The notes: a model not told the origin generated them from the sequence alone. DNA of 61,319 nt, filler included, from Diploschistes diacapsis (GCA_023645945.1; 9 parts of 9 records of this genome joined end to end with filler, not necessarily neighbours in it), one strand, 5' to 3'; numbered from the whole stretch's first letter, positions 1-11,724 are shown. Numbers and translations are program-made.

Positions 1-243
1 GGGGTGTGGTTAGTAAAGTGGATTCAAGAGAGGAAGGAAAGGAGGAGAGGAGAGGAGAGGACAGGAGGGGGAGACTTGAGGCGGACGGTATAAAGAGGGC
101 GCTGGGGCCCCGTGAGTATGGAGATTGGAGTAGAGCTTCGAAGTGACTTCTTGCTTCTCAACCTGTCTATCTGCTTGAGTACTATCCCGCAGACTATCTG
201 TTTCCCCCCCAAAACAACCCACGCACCCACAGTCGATCCCACA

Positions 244-1474
244 ATGACCTACACCAAAGAAACCACCGGCGCCGAAGTCGCCTCCAACCTCTCCCCGCAC
301 ATCCGCAACAAAACCGTCCTCGTCACTGGCGTCTCGCCCAAGGGTCTGGGCGCCGAGTTCCTGTCCACCATCGCCGCGCACGCCCCCGGGCTCTTGATCC
401 TCGCCGGCCGCACCACCTCCAAGTGCCGGCAGACGGCCCAGGCCCTCGCTTCGGTCAGGCCTTCGGTCAAGACGCGCGTCCTGGAGCTGGACCTTGCGAG
501 CCAGAAATCTGTGCGCGGCGCGGCGGACGAGGTCAACGGGTGGACCGACGTGCCGGCCATCGATGTCTTGGTGCTGAACGCGGGCATCATGGCGGCTCCG
601 TATAGCTTGACGGAGGATGGGTTGGAGAGTCAGTTCGGGGGGAACCATGTCGGGCATTTTTTGCTCGCGAATTTGATCATGGGCAAGGTTCTAAAGGCGC
701 AGGAGGGAGGGAGGGTAGTTAGTGTTAGTAGTGATGGCTTTAGGTTGGGTCCGATAAGGTTCGATGATTTGGGGTTCGACGTAAGTCGACGTTTCGTTTT
801 CCTCTCCTTGAACGCATCCTCATCGGGGCTGCGTGAGGTGGTCATGGACGTGATGCAACAGAGGGGGTGCAATGATATTTTCTTGTGCAAGATGCTGACC
901 GGACTTGATTACAGGGAGGCAAGACATACAACCCTTGGGCCGCCTACGGCCAGTCCAAGACGGCAAACGCACTGTTCGCCGTTTCCTTGGCCGAAAGGCT
1001 TGGATCGAAGGGCCTAGTAGCCGTCAGCGTCCATCCCGGCGTCATTTCGACCAATCTCTCAGCAGATCTTGATTTTGTAGAAGACTTCAAGGTTATGAGT
1101 AGATTCCCCTCTCCGTTCAGGGTGAGTTGTGCACAGACTAATGCGATATCGCAGACGCCCTCGATAAGCAATTGGGCAATGCAACCGGCTGGCTCGACTG
1201 GTCAACGCTCAGATACAAGACTTTGCAGCAGGGAGTAGCCACGCATGTTCGTGCTGCCTTTGAACCGAGGTTGAATGGTGAGGACTTGGGAAACAACTTC
1301 GTCTGCGGAAAATAGACGTTGCTGATTCTGGTCACAGAGTATAACGGCCGCTACCTTCAAGACGCGGAAGTCGTGCCCGAAGACAGGGTCAGAGCGTGGG
1401 CAAGGGACAAAGTCGAGGCCGAGAAGCTGTGGAGGATCAGCGAGGAGCTTGTTGGCCAGAAGTTCTCGTATTGA
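244..1474 (+). CDS. Short-chain dehydrogenase/reductase (retinol dehydrogenase/WWOX-like), intron-containing
   Basis: TGVSPKGLG Rossmann motif, VLNAGIMA, GGNHVGHF; after intron 781-914 the frame gives catalytic YGQSKTAN; C-terminal AEKLWRISEELVG then TGA at 1472-1474. Confidence 0.92.
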
Positions 1475-1871
1475 GGGTCTATTTGGTCACAGAGCAATTG
1501 AGAATCAATCGCTGGAGTAGGGTGAAGTTTCAATTGCCTGCCGAAGGCGTATCGCTGTTCTTGATCCAAGTTGACTATTTTACTCGGAAAGTAATCACTG
1601 GATTCGTAGTATTATCGCAACGTAAAGTGGTATATGGAAATTGAAAAGAAATAATGAAGGAGACTGTATCGGATTCTTTGATGGGGGAAAAGAAAGAAGT
1701 ATGAGCGTCTTCGGGTGTAGATTTAGATTTAGCATCTTCAGGTTGCCACATTTTAGTTCCCCCTTCCACATCCCAATTGCCCCGCCCTCTTTAACGCGTT
1801 CAACTTTCCACTTCACACCAATCCTACCAGCATACCGCGACGAAAGCTATCTTCAATTCCAAATTCTCATA

Positions 1872-2884
1872 ATGCCTCCCGGTCGCCCTGGTAAAGGCAA
1901 GTCTGTTGGGGGCAAAGTTCCGGCGAGTGGTGCTGTCACAAGAGGTCGTGGTGGGCGCGGATTGGGGCTAGGAATAGCGATACCCAAACGCCATAAGTGA
2001 GTTTTCTATGATCTTTATGGATGTGCTTTTGAGTCCTTGTGCTCTGCTTCGGCGCTTGTGTCATCGTTAGTCGAGGATTGAATGGCGCGCAACGCGTTGT
2101 TGCTATCCGTGTCTACAGTGGCATGAAGGTCCAAGGCGCCAGCGCGCTTCAGTTGTAGCTAATCCATCTTAGGAAAGTTTTACGAGACAATATTCGCGGC
2201 ATCAGTTAGTATCCCTTCGATGATCCGCGTACTGATCACTGATCACTGATCCTCGGGCTGTACTAATCTACTAATCTACTATTTGTAGCAAAACCAGCGA
2301 TTCGGTATGTGATCCCCACAATACTTTGACGGCCATACCCACCAGGACTGACCGCTGGATCTAGTCGTCTAGCTCGCCGAGGCGGTGTAAAGCGCATTTC
2401 GGGCTCCATTTACGACGATATACGCGGAGTCGTCAAGTCTCGTTTAGAGGAGGCAGGTTACTGCATTTCGCTACAACCAAATCTAGGCTCACGGGTTCTG
2501 CAGATTCTTAAGAAGTGTTGTATTTGCCTTGACCACACTCATAGGAAAAGTACGTGGAATGTTCCCCGTGTAGACTATCGAAACTCGCTAACCGTTTCCA
2601 TCACAGCGGTAACAGTTCATGATGTAAGTTGTCAGCAGGCGACCCAATCCTACCCACCCGGATAGCTTAAACAGTCCAAGCTGATGATTACAGGTTGTGT
2701 TTGTGCTGAGAAGAGTAAGTCTTGCACTCCTGCGGCTGTACATACTTTTATAATCAGACTGACGATCCAATGCAGCTGGGCACGCCAATCTGGGGTATGT
2801 CCGAGCTTTCCCCTTCTGCCTTGACCTCACTGCTAAGCATTACATACAGGCTTTGAAGAGGTGAAATCAGACCGCCGCAGATGA
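1872..2884 (+). CDS. Divergent histone H4 variant (H4-like), 9 exons / 8 introns
   Basis: Manual splicing gives ...[94 protein letters not shown]; recognisable H4 fold with extended N-tail. Confidence 0.9.
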
Positions 2885-3844
2885 ACTATGTTACGGATAG
2901 GGACCCTTGGGGAGATATGCGACTGCTTTCTAGACGTGGCCTTCCGAATGTTCAGGATCATCCAATGGGGAACCCTCGGATACAGCGGAGGAACCAGAAA
3001 GCAAGGGTTCATTGAGTATTCGAACTTTCTATACGTCAGTGCGCCTCGATGCCGAATTCTTATTCTATTCAAAGGGACTGGGCTCTGGGTAGTAGGGTGA
3101 TTATAGAGCAAGGTGTTTTGGGGGAACTTTGCCAGCGGGATGGTCACTAACGTGGCCCGCATGTGAAATGCTTGGCGTGATAGATAATCAGATAAGGGCT
3201 GAACGATGCATTACGTACAGATTCTAGCTCTAGCTGATGAATGCGTGGCTCCAAGGATCGTGAGTCGTTACCGAAAGCCAGTAATAGTGCAAGTGGTGTG
3301 AAGAAGGAGGTGCTAGTGGAGACAAGTGGTTACCATGCGGTGTTGTTACTTTGCACCAGGGCATCCATCTAGTAGGTGTCTGTCTGCCTTATCTCACACT
3401 TGCTGCTTATCGCCAACCTCCAATATGGTACCGTAGTCTCTGTATCTTTGGGCTTGAACCCTCGCTTTCTATTAGGCACAAGGGTCCAGCACTCAACCAC
3501 CCACGCCGCCAAGGAGCCTGCGGATAAAGCATAAAGCAAAAAGCAAAAAGGCGAATAAGCACAAGAATAAGAATAAGAGGAGGACGAGGCCTCGCCCATT
3601 CTTACTGCTTACTGTGCTGACAGCGATCCATCGCTTGGCCGTGTTACTGCATCATCGCGCACTCAGGCAGGACAAGTTATTTTTTGCAACGGTTGACTTC
3701 ATCTTAATTCAGCTCTTTTTGCCATAGTCTTGTTTGCGAGTATCGATAATCATATGGCCTTGTCGTCCTCCTCGACGTCGTATCTCCTGACTGACCCCGG
3801 CTAAACGGCTCAACAGCGATAAGCGAACTAGCGCCCGAGCATCA

Positions 3845-3848
<4 letters not shown>

Positions 3849-3885
<37 letters not shown>

Positions 3886-3889
3886 CACA
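3849..3889. repeat. (CA)n microsatellite
   Basis: About 20 CA units with one CG interruption. Confidence 0.95.
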
Positions 3890-3908
3890 AAAGAGCCAAT
3901 CGCATTCA

Positions 3909-5243
3909 GTGATGCCCCCCCGGCACACGCGTGCTGGCTCCAGTCTTGTAACTGCCACCATCACTGTATCTCCGTCAATCAACTCCCTTCCAAGACACCA
4001 TTACTCTCATAGCTACCTGCACAATACCAGCTATGGGCTCCTGGAGCCAGCTCCCATCTCCATCCGACCTGTGCCGGCCCGACCATGCATACAGCATCGA
4101 AGAAAGTCCTCCGGCTCGAGCTCGTCCTCAGCCTGGAGCGATTGGGACTTTGACCTGAGTGACTGGAAAGAGAGGAGCGCTGACCTGAGCGGGAAGATTG
4201 GCGATAAGCTGCCCGGTGTGAAGTACTCTGCTGGTAAGTTCGCACCTGATTCCCCTGCAAGCTTGTGTTGGGAGCGTAAGGAACATGCACGCGCGCGTCT
4301 CTGCATCTTGATAGTACATGATCAACGAGCTAACGGCAAGCCCTGCGCAGCTTTTATTTCCACTCTTCGAGTAAATCTCGCGCTATCGACCTCGCTCGCT
4401 CCTCCGTCGCCAAACCTTCTTGCCACGTCTCCAGGTCTTCCTCCCAGCACCAAGCCACTTCTTATACGGCATGCAGAAGTATCACCTTCCAAATACGCTT
4501 CGGGCACCGACCACCTCGCCGGCATAACTTCGCTAGATCTCGAGGCGACGCAATCCTCGAGCGACCGCACAAACTCATTAAAATTGATCTCCGACTACGT
4601 CTCACAACAGCGTAGTATAGCTTCGACAATGCTTGTTTTCCACCCACTAATGCTGGGCCTTCTAGCAGCCTTGACCGCAGCTGCATACAGATTTCTTGTC
4701 AAGGACATGAGAGATTTACCATTGCTTTTCACAACCAGCATAAGTGGACTGTTGTGCATAGTTTCCGTCATCAGATTCATGTTACGACCATACGAAGAAC
4801 TGGCAAAGAAAATAAATAGTGATTGGCTTGGGGATGATCGAGTGATTGTTGCACGCTTCGGGAGCACGGTTATCGGAACCTGTGTCTACCGGATCGAACA
4901 AGTATCTAGGAGGAAGTCACATTCTGGAGGGACTAGCGGAAAGCGTGCTTCGATACGTGCATGGACGGTCCGACCCCGGGAGAGAGGTCGTGGCGTGGGC
5001 CGAGGGCTACTCGAAAAGGTTGTCGATGTGTGCCTGATAGACAACGGATGCGAGATCGTGGATTTCGCCTCGGCGGGTTTGAGAGCGGGTGCCGATCGAG
5101 TGCTGCCGGATTGGACAGTGGGCGGTGGCCTGGTGAGGCTCAACGCGACATTCGAAAATGACGAGGCCAGAGCCGAAGAATGTTTGGCAAATGTATTGCA
5201 AGAAAGGGGCTATGGCGACAAACGGAGGAGAGGGAGTCGTTAG
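3909..5243 (+). CDS. Membrane-anchored GNAT-family acetyltransferase-like protein (start uncertain)
   Basis: Two hydrophobic helices, then GNAT motif A (IRAWTVRPRERGRGVGRGLL); probable in-frame 117-nt intron 4234-4350 (GTAAGT...GCTAAC...CAG). Confidence 0.75.
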   Translation: MMPPRHTRAGSSLVTATITVSPSINSLPRHHYSHSYLHNTSYGLLEPAPISIRPVPARPCIQHRRKSSGSSSSSAWSDWDFDLSDWKERSADLSGKIGDKLPGVKYSAGKFAPDSPASLCWERKEHARARLCILIVHDQRANGKPCAAFISTLRVNLALSTSLAPPSPNLLATSPGLPPSTKPLLIRHAEVSPSKYASGTDHLAGITSLDLEATQSSSDRTNSLKLISDYVSQQRSIASTMLVFHPLMLGLLAALTAAAYRFLVKDMRDLPLLFTTSISGLLCIVSVIRFMLRPYEELAKKINSDWLGDDRVIVARFGSTVIGTCVYRIEQVSRRKSHSGGTSGKRASIRAWTVRPRERGRGVGRGLLEKVVDVCLIDNGCEIVDFASAGLRAGADRVLPDWTVGGGLVRLNATFENDEARAEECLANVLQERGYGDKRRRGSR

Positions 5244-5676
5244 ATACAGGAGGGGATCGGTTTTATCTTTCTTTTACAATACGTTAGAGGGGGCTCTTTG
5301 GAAGAAGGAAACTTATGACTGACATGACGACGACTATGATGTATATGGAGCTGAGTGTCTTCCTGGAGTATAGGTATATGGTTGATACCCTGGCTGAAAT
5401 TGGAATGCTGCAAAACCTGATTAGGGCTAGCGGATTTTCCTCTATGACATCAACTTGAAGTTTTCACTCTTTCTATTTTCATTCCTTTCCCCGTGTAGAC
5501 CATTCAACCACCTGCTATCCAAGCAGAGACAGAAAGGCTTGCCCCCCCCACTCAACGGCTTTCAATCAGCCTCACGCCTCGCGAAGGTAAGTTACGAGGA
5601 TTGAAAATCTCGAAAATCCAGAACACCGCTTGTTGATGCCCGAAACGCCTTCAACTTGCCCTCAAAGAAGCTCAAT

Positions 5677-7556
5677 TTAGCAAGACTCACGAAGCAACCT
5701 CTTCAATATCTTCCCAGCAGGATTGCGGGGCACGCTATCCACAAACCGCACGCTGGCGAGTGCCTTGTATGCAGCTAATCTATCCCTCACCCATCGTTTC
5801 AAGTCCTCCTCAGTGGTTCCAACGCTGATGGGCTGGGGTTTTGTTCTCACCACAAAAGCATGCGGAAGCTCTCCACTTATGCCATCTGCATCCTGGAGAC
5901 CGATGACTGCGGCATCTGCCACCCCAGGATGGTACAATAGAACGCTCTCCAGTTCGGCGGGAGAAACTTGCCAGCCTCTCACTTTGATCAGGTCCTTAAG
6001 CCTATCTACGATGAAGAAGTTCCCTTGGGCGTCGAAATAAGCAATATCGCCAGACTTGATGAAAGTTCGAAGCCTCCAGCCGCCTGATACCAGATCATAC
6101 ATGTCCATAAATGTAGCAGCTGTGGCCTCTGGTGCATCGAGATAGTACAAAAAGGGGTGAGGGGCTTCGATCAAGATCTCCCCGAGCATCATTGGAGCTG
6201 AGATGATACTGTTGGTCTCTGTATCAAACAACTCGAGACGATATCCTGGAAGGGCATGTCCAATCGATGGCTTCGGTGTGCTCAGAAAGTCCGAAGAGGT
6301 CATTGTTGTTCCTGGTGTGCTGTTCCCATCGTTGGACAACAATGAGCAGTCCGAGACGTGCTCTAGTTGTTCAATGGCGGGCAACTGTGATAGACGCCTG
6401 TCAGAACTCCAGGTGCACAATTCTCCTTCGTACGGGACACTTGCTGTCCAGCCTGCTTCTGTCAATCCATACAGTTGTATCAGCCTAGTCTGACGAGGAA
6501 GCAGAGACTCAAATTTTAGCGCCAATGATTGATTCAGTGGTGCCCCTGCGGACATGATCTCACGCAGAGACCCAAGGTGACCGGCATCGAAATCTGCGTC
6601 TGAAAGCAAGGCCGACAGCATAGATGGCACTGCTGGTATCTCTGTGATCCCATAGCCTGAGAGTGATTCCAGGAATACCTTTGTGGAGAACCTCGCCATC
6701 AGGTACGTGGGCGTGCCACACCGAAGAGCGCCAACGATTACAAGCGGGGCTACGAAGGCGTGCATCAAGGGTAAAGAAACAAGACGCGAAATGGGGTAAG
6801 GTTTTCTGAGCACATCTACCTCGATGTTACTTCCTGCTTGGGTGAAATATGCGTGTGAAACCGCTGCATACTTTGGACTTGCTGTTGTCCCGGAAGTAAC
6901 AAAATATGCGGCAATCTCTTTTTCGGCTTCTGCTTTTGTCAAAGCCAGCCAATCTCTTTCACCATGTTGCAATAGAGATCTCCAATTTGTCAGCTTATGG
7001 CTGGAACCATCAATACTCTCTCCATAGGTATAGATTGATGGGTGTATCTCGCATTCTTCGGCAGCCTTCTGAACTTTGTCAAGGAGCTGCGGCTCCGTAA
7101 TGATCAATCGAACTTTGCAAGTGGACAACATCTGACGAATTTCAAAGACTGTGTGGCCTGGATTACCACCCACCACACGACAGCTGGCCCCAAGTATGCC
7201 AAGGTAGAATACAGGGTACATGACCTGTGTCATTGTCTCAGTGGCCTCGAGATTGAAGATACAGCGGTATAGAAAGACTCTATAAGGCCTCGGGAGGTGG
7301 TGTACATACGCTGCTAAAGGTGATGAGGCATGCACAGTCTCCAGGAAGGAGACCAACGGCCTTGAAGCCTGCAACCAGTTGGCGGACATATTGACGAGCT
7401 TGGGAGATGGAAATGGAGACTGCAGGGTCCTTTGCGTCTATCAAGATCTGATATAGTTAACTGATGTCCTGTATCCGGCTTCTCTGCACATACCGGCTTC
7501 TCTTGGTTACATTGTTGGTTACTGAGCGTCCACGAGACGACATCCATTATATCCAT
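5677..7556 (-). CDS. 4-coumarate-CoA-ligase-like adenylate-forming enzyme (AfeA-like)
   Basis: TSGTTASPK P-loop, YGLTE, KSGDIAY, DRLKDLIKVRGWQVSPAELE, PRNPAGKILK; 5' exons MDIMDVVSW... and ILIDAKDP... joined by two GTATGT introns. Confidence 0.88.
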
Positions 7557-8083
7557 GGCCTTGATAGTTTGGGAGGATGATTTTGCGTATGGAAAAAAGT
7601 TTAGGAAGCGTCGATTATATATACAGCGCCCAGTTTGACTCCAGAGCAGCACTGCGCCGCTCTTTCTCCATACAAAATCTGTAGGGCTGAGAATTATTCC
7701 GCGTACACTTTAAAGTTAGGTCCCATATAGATTTGTATGCGTGTTGTCTTAGATTTCATCAGGCATTTTATAGCGCACCAATGTTAATCATGGGACAGCG
7801 ATACCCAATTATTTGTTTTCTGATTTTAACATCTCTCCATACATTTCCGAGCTCTGTTTCAGAGCTTAATACGTCGCTTTTCAGCCTATCTAGATTATCA
7901 ATATCTAAATAACCTTCTTGCGACAGTGTCAGCTGTGGCTCGTATATGCATACAAATTACTATTGGAACTAGATATGAGCGAAACGGCTTGGCAGACACA
8001 CTATATGCGCTGAAAGAGCGGCGCAGTACCTGCTCCGGAGTCAAACTGTACAGCACCCCTTGTCTCTAGAACCACACCGAAGT

Positions 8084-8141
8084 GGCGGCAGGGTCGAATG
8101 ATGAAGGTCGTGCGTGGGTTCGAATCCCACTGCTGCCACCA
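8084..8141 (+). pseudogene. tRNA-Leu-like fragment lacking anticodon and variable arms, ending in CCA, flanked by a direct repeat
   Basis: Acceptor stem GGCGGCA/TGCTGCC, degenerate D-arm/A-box, intact T-arm GTGGGTTCGAATCCCAC, then A-CCA; flanks ACCACACCGAAG (8071) and ACCACCCCGAAG (8138). Confidence 0.7.
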
Positions 8142-8454
8142 CCCCGAAGAATTTGCTTCACTCCAGGCTTGGCAATTCGGCGGACAAGATCTTGACATCC
8201 TATCCTGTATACTCATATCGACCCGTACTACCTTCGTATGGGGTAGACTCACCTTGGAAAGGGCACCGCTGCTGTTACGAAGGAAGGAACATTACTCTGC
8301 TTGCGAGTCTGATGCCTATTTATAAAGGTAGAGTCTGGTAGCCTGAGAGTCCGAAATTTGACTATGGACCATGGATCAAAGGCGAAGAAGATCACAATAC
8401 AGACAGGCCGTTGAATACGGCGGGCAACTTGGCTTGGCTTCGCCATACGCCCTG

Positions 8455-8632
8455 TAGTCAATATTCAGTTATTCGAATAAAATATCCGGATTTAATAAAT
8501 TAACTAAAAATCGCTTTTTATAAAAAAACAAAAAATACTTTAATTTACGCCTTTAAAAGCCCCGTTAACGATGGTTTATTTATTAAATAACGTCATCAAT
8601 TTCGTATTCGAATAACTGAATAATTTTGACTA
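8455..8632. mobile_element. MITE (~180 bp, AT-rich)
   Basis: Terminal inverted repeats TAGTCAATATTCAGTTATTCGAATA / TATTCGAATAACTGAATAATTTTGACTA. Confidence 0.75.
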
Positions 8633-8861
8633 TAGTGTGGGCGTACTCTCTCGCGGTTGAAAATCTGTCCGTCACCCTGTCTTCAAGTCGGGCCCCACTG
8701 GTGCTCAAATTTGTTTCCGTAAGTATGATACGATACGTGAAGAGATACGAAGCATCCCAATGCTGTGCCTTAAACCAGTCACATGGAATGAAGATAAACG
8801 CAGGCGCTGTAGCTTCTTTTCAGCGTTCCTGCGGTCCGTCCGTGCTCAGCCTTGAACGAAA

Positions 8862-9357
8862 TAGAAAGGTTCAGCAGCCCTTGTAAATGCCCTAATAATA
8901 GCGTACCGTAGTTGAAAATGCCGTCGACCATTTTAGGCTTAGCGATTTTCGTTTCAAGTCTGACCGACGCTAAGCTATTTTGGTATAATATCAAGAACTT
9001 TTTGTCGTTGCTTTTTAATTTCATACTTTCATGTTCCACTTCCCTCTTCATGTTCCACGTATGAAAAATGTCCCATTAGCGCTCGCGTTTTTGCTTTTGA
9101 AGAAAGGGGAAATGGAGAAGGCCTTAAAGTTATTATAAACTATGAACGCGTAAACCTCGTGGCTATCTATTGACGCCTCCGCTGTAACGCTATTGGTTAA
9201 TGCATAATACTTTATTCATAAGGCTTTTTAAGAACGCTTATTTATTTTAGGTCGACGGCGACGCTGCTACATGTGGCGAACATGCTCTGGGCACGCTAGC
9301 CAAGGAGGGCCGCCGGCGACGCTACTAAGGCATTTACAGGGTTGCTGAACCTCTCTA
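8862..9357. mobile_element. Non-autonomous TIR element (~500 bp)
   Basis: Imperfect ~35-40 bp TIRs TAGAAAGGTTCAGCAGCCCCTTGTAAATGCC / GGCATTTACAGGGTTGCTGAACCTCTCTA; AT-rich interior. Confidence 0.7.
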
Positions 9358-9882
9358 ATAGCTTCTTATTACAAGCCGTTGAAACGAAAGCACGATGTGG
9401 GAAAGCCATAGCTTTGTTTCATCATCACTGTTAACCACGGCTCAGTGACGGGTACGTGAGCAAGGGCATCATGGAAGAAAGCTAGACGTGCATTGCAATG
9501 GCCTGAGGAGACTGTGGCCGCAACCAGCATCGAAAAGGGCCAATAGGATCGAAGTAAACATGAGCACGGTGCGTTTTCTGGGCCCTTTTAGGTGGCTGAG
9601 ATGTCTCGCATCAAAGTTTAGCACTATCGGGAATCGATTTTGGATCTGGCATTTGCCTAGCGCGAACATATATCCCGCACCACCTACGCGGGCCTGGCGA
9701 ATAGGTTGGAAGAAACTAAGTCTATTTCAAGCTTGCCTTCTGCCACTATGATTTTCTCCATCTGTTTCGTTTCCTTCCATCATTCTTTCTACATTGATCT
9801 TGGTGCACGATGTCTCTGACAGAGCCTTGACAACAAAGGAGAAAGTGGGTTTTGGCCTTGGCCTCATGGAAACTACCTACCG

Positions 9883-11367
9883 GTGCTTGTTAGCAAGATG
9901 GTTACGATACGAGAAATAGGCCTGAACATGGCGGAGAAGGTCACTCCCAAGCGGGCTATTGTTGTCATCGATGTCGAAGCACAGCTTATACAGCCAGAAT
10001 TACCCAGCAAGATCCAGCACCCAGTGTTGAGAAATTTACGACACCGTCTTTTAGCTGTCTATCAGCGCCTCTTTTCTGTTGTCTTTTTAGCCAACCTCGC
10101 CGCGTTCATCCCACTTATAATCCTTCATACTACGCCTACATTGTCCTCTGTGGCATCACTTGCCACACCTATAGCAGTCAATTTCTTCGTGACTGGCCTA
10201 TTCCGAACGGAGTACATGATCAACTTTCTCTATACGTCTGTCCTATGGGTCCCGACCTCTGTTCCGCTAGGTATCAGACGAAGGCTGGCGAAAATCTATG
10301 AGTTCGGAGGCGTCCACTCCGGAGCAGGGGTCGCCTGTGCTCTCTGGACAGTCTTGTTTGCAGTACAGATAACTCGAGGCTTCCTTTGGGGCGAGCCGAT
10401 CAGTATCGCCGCCGTCGTGGTCACATCTTGCTTACTATCACTCCTTGTGGTTATCATTGGAGTAGCTTACCCTGAAATTCGTCGAAGATATCACAACCAT
10501 TTCGAAGCTTTACATCGAATATGTGGTTGGGGAGCCCTCCTGTTATACTGGGCCTTAGTACTTCTGTTATCTCGTGATATTTCGAATGCAACAGCCACGC
10601 CGTTTGTCCAGCTCCTTTTCACCTCGCCTGTCATCTACTTTTTGATTGGCAGCACTATTCTGACGATTCTACCATGGCTACGTCTTCACCGCGTCGATGC
10701 TACAGCAACGGTCCTATCGAGTCATGCTACCCGTATCTACTTTCCATCTCCAACCGTTGGTCCTGCGCAAGGTATACGAATCTCATCTTCTCCTCTACTT
10801 GAGTGGCATTCGTTCGCTACTATCCCATGCAGATCGTTTACAAAAACTTCTGAAATCGCCCAGTCATCATCATACTCAATCCTTGTCTCCTCTGCCGGTG
10901 ATTGGACAAAACATGCCATTGCTGATTCAAAGGCGCAACGAAAGTATTGGATGCGGGGCGTGCCCGTTACCGGTGTCGCTCTCGTGGTTCGCCTTTTTCA
11001 AAGTGCCGTTGTTGTGACGACTGGAAGCGGCATCGGGCCTGCGCTGAGTTTGATAGCCGCAGCTCGATCGCCGAATGTGGGGAAAGGACGGGATGTTTCC
11101 TGTCGCCTGTTCTGGTCCACTCCCAAGCCCCTCCAAACTTATGGACAGAATGTACTTGACGAAGTATACGCTGCGGACCCCAACGCAATAATCTGGGATA
11201 CCAAGGCACAGGGACGACCAGACATTGTAAAGGAAGCATGGAATGCATACTCAGACTTTGCAGCCGAGGCAGTCGTTGTCATAAGCAATCCGAAAGTCAC
11301 CGCACAGGTTGTATACGCTTTGGAAAGCAGGGGCATCCCCGCCTACGGCCCGGTCTTCGATAGTTGA
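9883..11367 (+). CDS. TmpA-like integral membrane flavoprotein (ferric-reductase-like TM domain plus FAD/NAD-binding domain); ATG probably 9898 or 9928
   Basis: Multiple TM helices with GGVHSG and HNHFEALHR heme-type His motifs, EWHSFA FAD motif, TTGSGIGP NAD motif, C-terminal YGPVFDS. Confidence 0.85.
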   Translation: MLVSKMVTIREIGLNMAEKVTPKRAIVVIDVEAQLIQPELPSKIQHPVLRNLRHRLLAVYQRLFSVVFLANLAAFIPLIILHTTPTLSSVASLATPIAVNFFVTGLFRTEYMINFLYTSVLWVPTSVPLGIRRRLAKIYEFGGVHSGAGVACALWTVLFAVQITRGFLWGEPISIAAVVVTSCLLSLLVVIIGVAYPEIRRRYHNHFEALHRICGWGALLLYWALVLLLSRDISNATATPFVQLLFTSPVIYFLIGSTILTILPWLRLHRVDATATVLSSHATRIYFPSPTVGPAQGIRISSSPLLEWHSFATIPCRSFTKTSEIAQSSSYSILVSSAGDWTKHAIADSKAQRKYWMRGVPVTGVALVVRLFQSAVVVTTGSGIGPALSLIAAARSPNVGKGRDVSCRLFWSTPKPLQTYGQNVLDEVYAADPNAIIWDTKAQGRPDIVKEAWNAYSDFAAEAVVVISNPKVTAQVVYALESRGIPAYGPVFDS

Positions 11368-11724
11368 GAATCAGGGGTAGTACCAAACCAGATAATGCTC
11401 ATGCTGAAGATTTAGAATGCTCAAAGCTCGTGATCGAATTAAGCACGGTTCATGACGGATTATTGGGCAAGGTAACGCAGAACCACGTGGGCGGCCCACT
11501 CAGGCACATGAAGCTCGTTCCAAGGCAGCTTGTGCGACCACACGTTGGTCAAAGCATATACAACGTAGCCTCCCTCCCCCACGGCGCTGGGCCAGCGAAG
11601 CATTTGCGTGGGATGATACGCCCGTGGTTGTTTAGGAAGTGGAGTTGTGCAATGCGAGCCTGCTTTAGTGTCTTCAGGAACATGCTAGTGTGAGATCGAT
11701 TGTCAATAATGCCATTATATCGAG

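Noticed and set aside
8084..8141. Functional tRNA gene
   Set aside because: No anticodon arm; only ~55 nt long
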